From the NCBI GenBank assembly GCA_007121385.1, contig SKLV01000017.1, positions 6,583 through 70,582 on the forward strand: a stretch of 64,000 bases of DNA, written 5' to 3'. Positions 49,121 to 58,082 of the stretch are shown piece after piece. The notes beneath the pieces were generated by a model. The model was not told the DNA's origin. It worked only from the letters and a program-made list of their open reading frames with translations, and searched no databases. A program made the translations under genes and the position numbers. The stretch is from Bdellovibrionales bacterium. Lineage in GTDB: Bacteria > Bdellovibrionota > Bdellovibrionia > Bdellovibrionales > UBA1609. Numbering within the stretch: position 1 is the first letter of the stretch; each line of letters opens with the position of its first letter.

Positions 49121-50731
49121 ATGAGCCTCTGTGATCTGAACTTTAAAAATTCTTTTGTAGAGTCTTTGCCGGGGAAGGAGTTTTTGCCTCCTGAAGAGCC
49201 TCGACCGCAAATGACCCCCAATGTGGCTTACAGCCGGGTGAGCCCCCAGCCGGTGAAGAACCCTCAACTGGTGAGCTGGTCCGATGCGGCTGCGGAGCTG
49301 CTGGGGCTTCAGTTGGGAGATTGGACTGAGAGAGAAGCCGCGCAGATCTTTTCCGGCAACCGAATTTGTCCCAGTATGAAGCCCTATGCCGCTCGCTACG
49401 GGGGGCATCAATTTGGTCACTGGGCGGGGCAGCTGGGAGATGGTCGAGCCATCACCCTCGCCGAGGTGGTGAACCCCAAGGGGGAGAGCTGGGAGGTCCA
49501 ACTGAAGGGGGCTGGTCTCACCCCTTACTCGCGGGGCGCCGATGGAAGAGCTGTCCTCCGCTCCTCTTTAAGGGAGTATGTCTGCAGTGAAGCTATGTTC
49601 TATTTGGGAGTCCCCACCACTCGGGCTCTTTGTCTGGTGACCACGGGAGAGTCAGTGGTTCGAGATATGTTTTATGATGGTCATCCTCAGGCTGAGCCCG
49701 GAGCCATCACGACGCGCCTGGCTCCCAGCTTTGTTCGCTTTGGTCACTTTCAGATGTGTGCTTTTTTGTCTGAATTGGAGCTCCTTAAACAAACTGTTCA
49801 CTATGTGATGGATCAGCACTTTCCTCAATTTCGTAATCCAGAGGGGAAATACGACTATCTTAAGTGGTACTCTCATGTGGTGGAGTCCACTGCCCAAATG
49901 GTGGTGCACTGGTTGAGGGTGGGTTTTGTCCATGGGGTGATGAATACAGATAATATGTCGATCCATGGCTTGACCATTGATTATGGTCCCTTTGGTTGGC
50001 TGGATGTCTATGATCCAGAGTGGACTCCCAACACCACCGATGCGGGACAAAGGCGTTACCGCTTTGCGGCCCAGCCGGCCGTGGCCATGTGGAACTTGGC
50101 TCAGCTGGGGGAAGCTTTGGGGCCTTTGCTGGGAGGAGAGGCTGCCGTCCACGAAGTGCTCAACGACTATCAGCACAGCTTTCGCCAAAAGCTGTTAGAG
50201 ATGATGGGACAGAAATTGGGCTTTGCCAAAGGGCTGCCCCCAGGTGGAATTGAGTTGATCGAGGAACTGGATCGAGTTCTCAGGCTGACGGAAGTGGACA
50301 CCACTTTGTTTTATCGAAAGTTGTCCGAGCTTCATCTGCAGCCCGTTAAAGAAGAAGATTTTGGGCACCCCGAGCGATGGTGGGGGGTTTTGGGGGAGGC
50401 CTATTATGCAAAATCTCCCCCTGAGCCGGCCTTAGAGGCCATGGGCCGGTGGCTGAAGAAGTATTGGCTGCAATGGGGAGTTCAGGATGAGTCCAAGGAG
50501 GACTTAGTGGGGAAAATGAATCAAGCCAACCCCTATTTTATTCCAAGGAATTATATTCTACAGCAGTGCATTGATGAGTTAGAGAAAGGTGAAACTCGTC
50601 AGTTGAATCAGGTGATGAGGGCCTTGCAGAGTCCCTACGAGGAAAACGATATGACCCGTCCCTTTTTTGCCAAAAGGCCAGAGTGGGCTCGCCAGCGGGC
50701 CGGCTGTTCCGATTTATCCTGTAGCTCTTAA
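49121..50731 (+). CDS. selO: SelO/YdiU protein adenylyltransferase (AMPylase)
   Basis: ARYGGHQFGHWAGQLGDGRAI and HGVMNTDNMSIHGLTIDYGPFG blocks. The C-terminus ..LSCSS has Cys where eukaryotic SelO has Sec. Confidence 0.9.
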   Translation: MSLCDLNFKNSFVESLPGKEFLPPEEPRPQMTPNVAYSRVSPQPVKNPQLVSWSDAAAELLGLQLGDWTEREAAQIFSGNRICPSMKPYAARYGGHQFGHWAGQLGDGRAITLAEVVNPKGESWEVQLKGAGLTPYSRGADGRAVLRSSLREYVCSEAMFYLGVPTTRALCLVTTGESVVRDMFYDGHPQAEPGAITTRLAPSFVRFGHFQMCAFLSELELLKQTVHYVMDQHFPQFRNPEGKYDYLKWYSHVVESTAQMVVHWLRVGFVHGVMNTDNMSIHGLTIDYGPFGWLDVYDPEWTPNTTDAGQRRYRFAAQPAVAMWNLAQLGEALGPLLGGEAAVHEVLNDYQHSFRQKLLEMMGQKLGFAKGLPPGGIELIEELDRVLRLTEVDTTLFYRKLSELHLQPVKEEDFGHPERWWGVLGEAYYAKSPPEPALEAMGRWLKKYWLQWGVQDESKEDLVGKMNQANPYFIPRNYILQQCIDELEKGETRQLNQVMRALQSPYEENDMTRPFFAKRPEWARQRAGCSDLSCSS

Positions 50732-51183
50732 AAGCCCCACTTTTCCATAAGCTCTCGGTAAGAGGGAGGACGCTCTCTTTGCCAACCCGAGGGGCTGGTG
50801 GGCTTGGTCGAGACCGGTGAGTTGGAATCTATTACAGGCAGCTTTTGATCCTCTTCGCTGGGTTCCCACTGCTCCGTGAGGGCATATTGGGCTCTCTCAC
50901 AGTAAACTTGAGATTTAAAGAGGATATTATTGTTCTCGTCCTCAATCACAAATTGATAATAAACCTGAGTTTGATGATTGAGGTGGAGGCGAGCCTCATA
51001 GCAGCCCTCTTCCATTTCCTGAGCTTGTAGGGGCTTTTGAATCAATCGGCCTTCATGATTCACCAAATGGATACTGACACTTTCCCCGTCTCGCAGGCAG
51101 ACTTTGAGCAGCTCCACATGACAGGGAACCAAATCTCCCGGAAGCTTAGTTGAGTCCACAAAAAGAGGATTGTTCTTGGTCAT
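50728..51183 (-). CDS. Hypothetical 151-aa protein translationally coupled to ParA-like ATPase
   Basis: ATG 51183 overlaps the parA-like stop (ATGA). Beta-rich N-terminal ~100 aa (..YEARLHLNHQTQVYYQFVIEDENNNILF), a Pro/Ser linker, and the tail RELMEKWGF. Its stop overlaps the selO stop (TTAA). Confidence 0.55.
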   Translation of the reverse strand: MTKNNPLFVDSTKLPGDLVPCHVELLKVCLRDGESVSIHLVNHEGRLIQKPLQAQEMEEGCYEARLHLNHQTQVYYQFVIEDENNNILFKSQVYCERAQYALTEQWEPSEEDQKLPVIDSNSPVSTKPTSPSGWQRERPPSYRELMEKWGF

Positions 51184-51926
51184 CCCCACAGCTCCTTAGA
51201 GAGTTGCTTGTAGGCCTTGGCAGCACGACTGCGTGGAGCATGCTTAAGCACGGGCAAGTGATGGTGATGAGCCTCTTCAACAGCAATGTTATCAGGAATA
51301 AAGTTTCGATAGACCTTGAGGTCGTATCTCTCTTTCACCTGTTGGATGACCTCATTGACCACCCGACGATCACGGAAGCGAGTGATCACCACTCCACGGA
51401 CACCAATTTTGTAGCCAAGACCAGAGCGAATATTTCGCAAAGTGGCTAAGATCAGCTCGATGCCCTTCATGGAGAAGTATTCAGGACAGATGGGGATAAT
51501 GATGTCCTTTGAGGCCAGTAAAGCATTGATGGTCATAAGCCCCAGGGAGGGAGAACAGTCGATGAGAATAGCGTCATATTTGCGATGGATGGGCTCCAGT
51601 TTTTTACGCAAGATCTGCTCCCGGCCAAAGTGCGCGGCCAGCTGCATATCAATGCCGCTAAGCATAATCTCGGCGGGGATCACGTCGATATTGAACTCTT
51701 CCGAGTGGACAATGACATCCTGGATATCTGCCTGCCCGATGACCACGTCAAAGATAGTCTTTTCAAATTCGCGATCAGAAAAAATCGCCTTGGTGGCTGA
51801 GGATTGAGGATCCAGGTCAATCAGTAAAACTTTTTTACCCTGTTCAGCCCAGCTTGCGGCCACATTGAGAGCTGTGGTGGTCTTGGCCACCCCGCCTTTT
51901 TGATTGATGATTGAGACCACTGCCAT
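51180..51926 (-). CDS. ParA/Soj-family ATPase (orphan, no parB nearby)
   Basis: Deviant Walker A NQKGGVAKTT with the signature Lys. LLIDLDPQ and AILIDCSPS blocks. 248 aa. Confidence 0.85.
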   Translation of the reverse strand: MAVVSIINQKGGVAKTTTALNVAASWAEQGKKVLLIDLDPQSSATKAIFSDREFEKTIFDVVIGQADIQDVIVHSEEFNIDVIPAEIMLSGIDMQLAAHFGREQILRKKLEPIHRKYDAILIDCSPSLGLMTINALLASKDIIIPICPEYFSMKGIELILATLRNIRSGLGYKIGVRGVVITRFRDRRVVNEVIQQVKERYDLKVYRNFIPDNIAVEEAHHHHLPVLKHAPRSRAAKAYKQLSKELWG

Positions 51927-52108
51927 CTTGAAGCTCCCCTCGCTCCACCATCATAGAAAGGAATGGGAACTGCCTTCAAAGGGAATCGCCGGAAGAGACT
52001 TCAGACCAGACCAAGGTCCAGTGGGAACATTTTGCAGAAAAGCGGGCTGGGATCCATTTCTCTTTAGAACCTCAATTTTTTCTCCTAAATTCCAATGTGG
52101 GGGGCGGA

Positions 52109-53083
52109 ATGGGTTTTTTTCGGAGATTTCTCTTAAGTACTCTCCTCTTGGGGAGTTTGATTTTTTTTGACAGCTTTCCATCGGCTCGGGCCACTGAAGC
52201 TCAAAAGAGCTTTGCCTGGGAGTTCTTAACCAGCTTAAGCGAAGACTGGATTCCCTTTGACCCCCATCGCTACAATCAAGCTGCCAGCCAAAGTTTTTTG
52301 GCCAAGCCCAGTCGACTCCAACGCTGGGGAGTGGTGGGGGCTCATGCTGAGGCGGCCTACAATGGAATTTTGCGCACCCTTATCTTGAAGCCAGAACTCC
52401 TACAAGTTGGCCCACAGGGGCGCCAAGAAATTGCACCCATCAGTGAGTTGAAAGAGCGCCATGGGCCTGTGGCCTTTGTGAGGGCCTCCACGGTCATTCA
52501 TGAGCTGGCCCATGCCGAATTTGATCGCATGGTTTTGAGGCCTGACACCTTTGTGGATGAGTTTTTGGCGGCCATTCTTGTTCAGGATGTGATCCCTTGG
52601 TTTGAGAGACGGCGCCAAGGCCTGAGTCTTCATCCCTGGGGGCGAGTGGCGGCTTCAGAATTTTTTGCCTATTTTCGGGGAGACTTTGTGGCCTTTTTGC
52701 TCGAGGAGTTGGAACTGGTCCTCAACTTTAATGGCCTCTCCATTTATCATCCCCAGCGCTGCTTTCGCTCACGAGCTGAGGGAGAAGAGGGCCGCTTCAA
52801 TCTCCCTATTGGGGATATGAGAGCCTCTTATCGGGACCAATACCGAATTCACCACATATGGGTTCAGGGTAAAGATGTAGATCTGCGAGAGGGTGGGACA
52901 GATCCCTTTCTAGAAATTTGGCAGAAGTTGCTGTGGGATCAGATGTCTATGGCTCTCTCTCAGCCACAGTCTCGACAAGACTTAGTAGAGTGGTTGAATG
53001 CCCACCCCACTTGGACAAAGAGGTTGCAGTCCTGTCAAGAGGCCAGGACCCAACCCCTTATTTTTAACTCAGTGGGTTCCTAA
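52109..53083 (+). CDS. Secreted HExxH protein (putative gluzincin-like metallopeptidase)
   Basis: Signal peptide MGFFRRFLLSTLLLGSLIFF..ARA. HELAH motif, and a downstream AASEFFAYF that could supply the third (Glu) ligand. GTG 52097 is an alternative start. Confidence 0.45.
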   Translation: MGFFRRFLLSTLLLGSLIFFDSFPSARATEAQKSFAWEFLTSLSEDWIPFDPHRYNQAASQSFLAKPSRLQRWGVVGAHAEAAYNGILRTLILKPELLQVGPQGRQEIAPISELKERHGPVAFVRASTVIHELAHAEFDRMVLRPDTFVDEFLAAILVQDVIPWFERRRQGLSLHPWGRVAASEFFAYFRGDFVAFLLEELELVLNFNGLSIYHPQRCFRSRAEGEEGRFNLPIGDMRASYRDQYRIHHIWVQGKDVDLREGGTDPFLEIWQKLLWDQMSMALSQPQSRQDLVEWLNAHPTWTKRLQSCQEARTQPLIFNSVGS

Positions 53084-53094
53084 GCAGTTTGAAA

Positions 53095-53502
53095 CTACTT
53101 ATGGAAGCGCTGGGAGGCAACCTCAGCTAAAGCTCGGCACACATCGGTTGTGGTGAAAATGCCCACCAGTTTGCCATTGTCCATCACAAGGGCACTGCCA
53201 ATTTTTTCATCAGCCATTGCAGTGGCCACTTCATCAATGTGGGCGCTGGGCGTGGTCTCGTAAAACTCGGGCTCACAGATGTCAGCCACCGAAGTCACTT
53301 GGGGATTAAAAGAGGTAAACCCAACAGCTCGGCGAATGTCCCGATCACTGATAATGCCCATGACTTTACCATCCTTCATCACCGGCAAGTGGCGAATCCC
53401 ATGCTTGTCCATGAGTTGAGCGGCTTCTTGAACCATGGAGTCAGCATTGACGGCGTAGGGGGTGGTGGTCATGAACTTTTGAATTTGGGGAACAGCTTTC
53501 AT
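53095..53502 (-). CDS. CBS-domain pair protein
   Basis: 135 aa with two CBS repeats (HGIRHLPVMKDGKVMGIISDRDI; IGSALVMDNGKLVGIFTTTDV). Confidence 0.8.
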   Translation of the reverse strand: MKAVPQIQKFMTTTPYAVNADSMVQEAAQLMDKHGIRHLPVMKDGKVMGIISDRDIRRAVGFTSFNPQVTSVADICEPEFYETTPSAHIDEVATAMADEKIGSALVMDNGKLVGIFTTTDVCRALAEVASQRFHK

Positions 53503-53547
53503 AGGAGGGACTCCTTGTTCTTAATAATGGTTTTAAAAATCCTCAAT

Positions 53548-54360
53548 CTAGGACTCTCGCTTACCAGAAATCCTCTTAAAGGGCATCAAAAGCAAGCCTC
53601 GCATCGTTGCGCATCGCGCAAAGTCCCTCTCCTCACTGAGTCCAATTTCCATATTTTCATGGCCCAATTGGGGTTGGGCCCTATAGGTGCCAAAGAGTCT
53701 ATCCCACCAGGGTAAATTAAAGCCAAAGTTGCTGTTGGTCTCAGGAATCTGGCTGGAGTGATGAACCCGGTGCATATCGGGAGTGACCACAAACCAGCGT
53801 AAGATCCGATCTAGGCCCAGGGGTAAATTCAGGTTGGAGTGGTTGAACATAGAAGTGGCGTTCAAAAGAACTTCAAATACAATTACGGCGATCACTGAGG
53901 GACCTAGAATTAAAATGGCGGAGAACTTCACCAACATAGAAAAGACAATCTCCAAGGGGTGAAAGCGTAGCCCGGTGCTCACATCAAAATCCAGATCGGC
54001 GTGGTGGACTCTATGCAGACGCCAAAGCCAAGGCACATGGTGCATGGCCAGATGCTGAAGCCAGATCACAAAATCCAAGGCCAACAGGGAGAGCAGGAGA
54101 CTGAGAGCCCATGGCCACTGCAGCCAGTTAAAAAGCCCTAGGCCCTGACTTTGGGTCCATAGAGCCATGGCCACCGCCGCTCCGGGAAAGAGAACTCTTA
54201 CAGCCAAGCTATTGATAAAAACCAAAAGCAGGTTGGTGGGCCAACGACGTCGCCCCCAATCTAGCTTCCGTCGGGGCTTCCAGCTCTCCAGAAGGGCAAA
54301 GAGAAAAAAGAGACCGAAAAAAAAGCCCAGGCGAATGGCCATCTCATTATCAGCAATCAT
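53548..54360 (-). CDS. Fatty-acid hydroxylase / sterol desaturase-family membrane di-iron enzyme
   Basis: 4 TM and His boxes (LAMHHVPWLWRLHRVHH; PDMHRVHHS), as in the ERG3/ERG25/FA-hydroxylase superfamily. Confidence 0.75.
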   Translation of the reverse strand: MIADNEMAIRLGFFFGLFFLFALLESWKPRRKLDWGRRRWPTNLLLVFINSLAVRVLFPGAAVAMALWTQSQGLGLFNWLQWPWALSLLLSLLALDFVIWLQHLAMHHVPWLWRLHRVHHADLDFDVSTGLRFHPLEIVFSMLVKFSAILILGPSVIAVIVFEVLLNATSMFNHSNLNLPLGLDRILRWFVVTPDMHRVHHSSQIPETNSNFGFNLPWWDRLFGTYRAQPQLGHENMEIGLSEERDFARCATMRGLLLMPFKRISGKRES

Positions 54361-54391
54361 CGGGTTCGCGACCCCTTCCCTTAAGGGGCTC

Positions 54392-54850
54392 CTAGTCTTT
54401 TTGCCCTTCCTTAGGCTCTGAGGAGCCGTGCAGCTTCTCTGCTAACTCATTGAGCTTCTCAGCGACAAGTCCCAACTCGTCATAGCGGCGGAGTTTGAGG
54501 GGTTGGGGTCTTTCCCCTTGGATAAGGCTGTCAATAAAGCGGCGAATAGGTATGGCTGGACCAATAAAGCGATGAACCAGAATTAAAGTGGAAATAAAGG
54601 TCAGGAAAAAGGCCGCCGCAGTCATCAACACCGCCGTCCAAGTCATTAGGGTGATAGAGCTTTTTATAGAGTAGTAGAGGAGCTCGTCGCGGGGAGCCGG
54701 GTCCAATAAGGTTCTCAAGTTAATAAATGAAATTAAGTAGACAAAGGTCATGAGTAAGCTGATGGTGAGTGCGTTTAAAAGCCCGTATTTGATCTGAACT
54801 CTGGGGTGACTGACAAAACCAAGGGGGCGACGGGTGTTTTTGCTGGCCAT
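54392..54850 (-). CDS. Small 2-TM membrane protein with HAMP-like C-terminus
   Basis: Two TM helices, then HRFIGPAIPIRRFIDSLIQGE..ELGLVAEKLNELAEKL (HAMP-like). No output domain. Confidence 0.45.
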   Translation of the reverse strand: MASKNTRRPLGFVSHPRVQIKYGLLNALTISLLMTFVYLISFINLRTLLDPAPRDELLYYSIKSSITLMTWTAVLMTAAAFFLTFISTLILVHRFIGPAIPIRRFIDSLIQGERPQPLKLRRYDELGLVAEKLNELAEKLHGSSEPKEGQKD

Positions 54851-54962
54851 AAATTGCTTCTCCTGAGCTGAGCCCTCGTTAAATGATTTACTAAGACCTT
54901 ACTCAGTCTAAAAGCTGTTGCTATACAAAGGTAGTCTGGGTGTTTTCCTCTGGACCAAGGTC

Positions 54963-56033
54963 TTAGCCCAAGACTCCCAGGCGCATAAGAAATGTTCTCT
55001 TAAGAGATCCGCGGTAGATCTGCAAAAGCCAATGGGGCTGGGATTGAACCTCGGCCATGTTTCCTGAATCTCTCAGAGGCCGCAACTGGTTCCAGCCGCC
55101 CACCTGAAGACCGGCCCTGGAGGCCAAAGACAAGAATAGAGGCTCAAGTTCCTGTGGCTCTGTTTGCAAAGACTCCACTTCAGAGATCAGGGCCAAAGTT
55201 TTTTCGCGGGGCAGTTTCCACTGTTGGCCCCGCAAAAAGGCTCTTTGCGCTAAGGGCAAGGTGGCTAGACCTAAAAATAAGGACCAAGCGCAAAACAGGC
55301 GAAAGCCTTTTTGGTTTTTTGGCAAGTGGGCAATAAAGCGAAAGGCTCCTTTGGCATTTTCACTCACGGACTGCAGAACCTGATGTCGATCGGGCACTAA
55401 AAATCGCCCTTCTTTTTCATCCGTTGACTGGTCTTTGAGTAAGTTCACCTTTTGTAAAAAGAGGCCAAAGTGGTGGGCATCGGTGAGGCTCTCCGGGGAG
55501 GCCTTATAGTCCTCACAAACCAATTCCAGCAGATGGGTTAGAGCTTCCCCCACAAGGCCTGCGACAAAAAAACAGTACTGATTGACCTCGGTGAGGGACT
55601 GAAGTCGATGGCGTGGAGTTTGACTTTGAAAGCGCTGCATCCCTTGGCTCATATCCTGAGCCAGTTGCAAGATCACCTGGCGGACAGGGGCAGGATGAAC
55701 CAAGTGGAGGTCGGAAAATAGCTGATAAGTGTCTTGAAGCAGCAGTCTCTCCCCTTGGGGAATCGCTTCAGGAAAACTGGCACACCACTGCTGAGTCTTG
55801 TCTGAGGAGGGGAGCTTCTGCAGCCAACTGTCAAATTCTTTAAAGGCTTGCTGCTGTTCTACCGAGCTCTCCCAGGGGGCGTCTTCAATGCTGTCTAAGA
55901 TCCGGCAGATCAAATAGCTTAAGGCCACCCAATCTCTTAAGGGTTGCTCCAGACGGGCAATGCAAAAGGCAAAACTGCGGGATACGCGGTCCAAATGAGC
56001 TTGATAAAATTCAGTTCTGGATTCTGGATTCAT
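54963..56033 (-). CDS. Squalene synthase-like (squalene/phytoene synthase family, eukaryote/cyanobacterial SQS type)
   Basis: SRSFAFCIARLEQPLRDWVALSYLICRILDSIEDA (DxxED at 55881-55895) and QKVNLLKDQSTDEKEGR (second Asp motif, variant). The ATG overlaps the uvrD stop (ATGA). Confidence 0.65.
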   Translation of the reverse strand: MNPESRTEFYQAHLDRVSRSFAFCIARLEQPLRDWVALSYLICRILDSIEDAPWESSVEQQQAFKEFDSWLQKLPSSDKTQQWCASFPEAIPQGERLLLQDTYQLFSDLHLVHPAPVRQVILQLAQDMSQGMQRFQSQTPRHRLQSLTEVNQYCFFVAGLVGEALTHLLELVCEDYKASPESLTDAHHFGLFLQKVNLLKDQSTDEKEGRFLVPDRHQVLQSVSENAKGAFRFIAHLPKNQKGFRLFCAWSLFLGLATLPLAQRAFLRGQQWKLPREKTLALISEVESLQTEPQELEPLFLSLASRAGLQVGGWNQLRPLRDSGNMAEVQSQPHWLLQIYRGSLKRTFLMRLGVLG

Positions 56034-58069
56034 GAACCGAGCGACTCCTCTTTGCGGCGGTTGGCAATCTTTTGTTCCAGCTGCTGGAGAAACTGGCTGA
56101 CCATGGCCTCCCTCTCCTCGGGCTGAATGGGGCGAATCTCATCGTGCTCTTGATACAGTTCTGGGTCAATTTCAAGTAGAAATCTTGACGGAGAAATGTC
56201 CTGGAGCCTCCCATAGCGCTTGCGCTGGCGCACTCGGGTAAGGATGAGGTGTCGTTGAGCCCGGGTCACTCCCACATAGAATAGGCGTCGTTCTTCATCC
56301 ACATTCTGCCCAAGTTTAGCATGGGGCAGCAAATCTTCCTCCAGCCCGAGCAGAATGACTATGGGGAATTCCAGGCCTTTACAGGCATGGAGAGTCATCA
56401 TCTGCACCTGGTCCAAATTTTCTTCGCTCTCCGAGATGGGGTCCCGGAGCTCCATGCTGTCTATAAACTTCTCTAAGGTATCTAGATTTCTGCCGTGACG
56501 CTGAAACATGCCCTGGAGAATCCGCCCCAAGATCATCACACTGGTCCAGCGTTTTTCGGCCACTTGGGGGTCGCGGTAGAACTGATCCAGAGAGTTACGA
56601 TAACCCAGCTCCCGCATTTGCTGGGTCAGGACCTCTTCGGCATCTTCCTTGGACATGACTAGCTGAGTTTTTAAATTTTCAAGAAACTCAAAAAGTTGGT
56701 GGATGCTCTGGCTGGCCTTCTCGTCCGGATGAGACTTGGCCCACAGTCGGGCTCGGCGGTGAAACTCCAGTTCGGGATTGAGTTGATCAATGCCCTCAAG
56801 GACTTTTTCTCCTATGCCTCGGGCCGGCAAGTTGATGATACGGCGAAAAGAGACTTCAGTGGGAAAGAGGCTGGAGCGGATAAAGGCCAAAGTGTCTTTG
56901 GCCTCTTTGCGATCGAAGAGGGCCGTTCCTCCAGTTAACTTGTAGGGAATTTGGGCCCGTCTTAAGCCCCCTTCCATCATGCCGCCCTGAGAGTTCGAGC
57001 GATAGAGGATGGCCATATCTCTCCAGGCATGCCCCTCTTTTTTGAGGCGCACCAGCTCTTCGACCACCTGGTCCACTTCCATGTCTTCATTGGCATAGGT
57101 GAAGAGTTCTGGAAGTTGACCCTCCTGCTGAAGACCAGGGCGGAGCATTTTTGAATGCCGGGCCTGGTTGTTGTTGATAATGGCGTTAGCCAGTTGAAGG
57201 ATCTTGGAGCTGGAGCGATAGTTTCTCTCCAGACGCACGACTTCGCAGTTGGGGTAGCGCTTGGGAAAGTCGAGAATGTTGCGCACCTCTGCCCCTCTCC
57301 AGCCGTAGATAGACTGATCATCGTCTCCTACCACGGTGATATTGCGATGTTGGCTGGTGAGTTCATCGATCAAAAGCATCTGAGTGTGATTGGTGTCCTG
57401 AAACTCGTCCACCATGACAAATTCAAACTGACTGCAAAATTGATCGCGCAAATTCTGATGTCTTTTTAAAAGTCGTAGGGGTGCTAAAAGCAACTCCTCA
57501 AAGTCCACCACTCCCAGATGGCGCATTCGCGTTTCATATTTGGGGGCTAAGATCACCGCCAGGGCACTTTCAATACTGTCATCTAAAAGGTCTGCGGCCT
57601 TGTCCACAGAGCGCTGACTCTGGCGGATTTTTAAAATCCTCTCCATCAGTCGTTCCATAGAAAAGCGTTCCTTCTCCGCCGATTTATGGTCGCGCACCAG
57701 CTCCTTGAGCACAGCCAAGGAGTCCGTTCCATCAATCACTCCAAATTTTTTTGGCAAGCCCGCCTCTTTCCAGTGCTGCTTTAAAAACTGCAAACCAAAG
57801 CCGTGAAAGGTGCCGGCCCAAACCTTTCTTGCCCTCTTGCCAATTTTTCTCGACACCCTATTTTTCAGCTCCTGAGCGGCCTTGTTGGTGAAAGTCAAAA
57901 CGCAAATTCTCTCGGGAGAGATACGCTCTTCATCAATTAATCGTCCTGTGCGCGACACCAGCACCGTGGTCTTGCCCGACCCCGCTCCGGCCAAAATCAG
58001 CAGGGGACCTTGACTATGTGAAACGGCCGATTGCTGTTCGGGATTTAAGTTTTCTAGCCAGATGCTCAT
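56030..58069 (-). CDS. uvrD: UvrD/PcrA/Rep-family DNA helicase
   Basis: LNPEQQSAV, AGAGSGKT, VDEFQDTN, TLHACKGLEF and YVGVTRA motifs. ATG 58069 (MSIWLENL) is preferred to 58153. Confidence 0.9.
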   Translation of the reverse strand: MSIWLENLNPEQQSAVSHSQGPLLILAGAGSGKTTVLVSRTGRLIDEERISPERICVLTFTNKAAQELKNRVSRKIGKRARKVWAGTFHGFGLQFLKQHWKEAGLPKKFGVIDGTDSLAVLKELVRDHKSAEKERFSMERLMERILKIRQSQRSVDKAADLLDDSIESALAVILAPKYETRMRHLGVVDFEELLLAPLRLLKRHQNLRDQFCSQFEFVMVDEFQDTNHTQMLLIDELTSQHRNITVVGDDDQSIYGWRGAEVRNILDFPKRYPNCEVVRLERNYRSSSKILQLANAIINNNQARHSKMLRPGLQQEGQLPELFTYANEDMEVDQVVEELVRLKKEGHAWRDMAILYRSNSQGGMMEGGLRRAQIPYKLTGGTALFDRKEAKDTLAFIRSSLFPTEVSFRRIINLPARGIGEKVLEGIDQLNPELEFHRRARLWAKSHPDEKASQSIHQLFEFLENLKTQLVMSKEDAEEVLTQQMRELGYRNSLDQFYRDPQVAEKRWTSVMILGRILQGMFQRHGRNLDTLEKFIDSMELRDPISESEENLDQVQMMTLHACKGLEFPIVILLGLEEDLLPHAKLGQNVDEERRLFYVGVTRAQRHLILTRVRQRKRYGRLQDISPSRFLLEIDPELYQEHDEIRPIQPEEREAMVSQFLQQLEQKIANRRKEESLGS

Positions 58070-58082
58070 TGTTTGCAGCATA

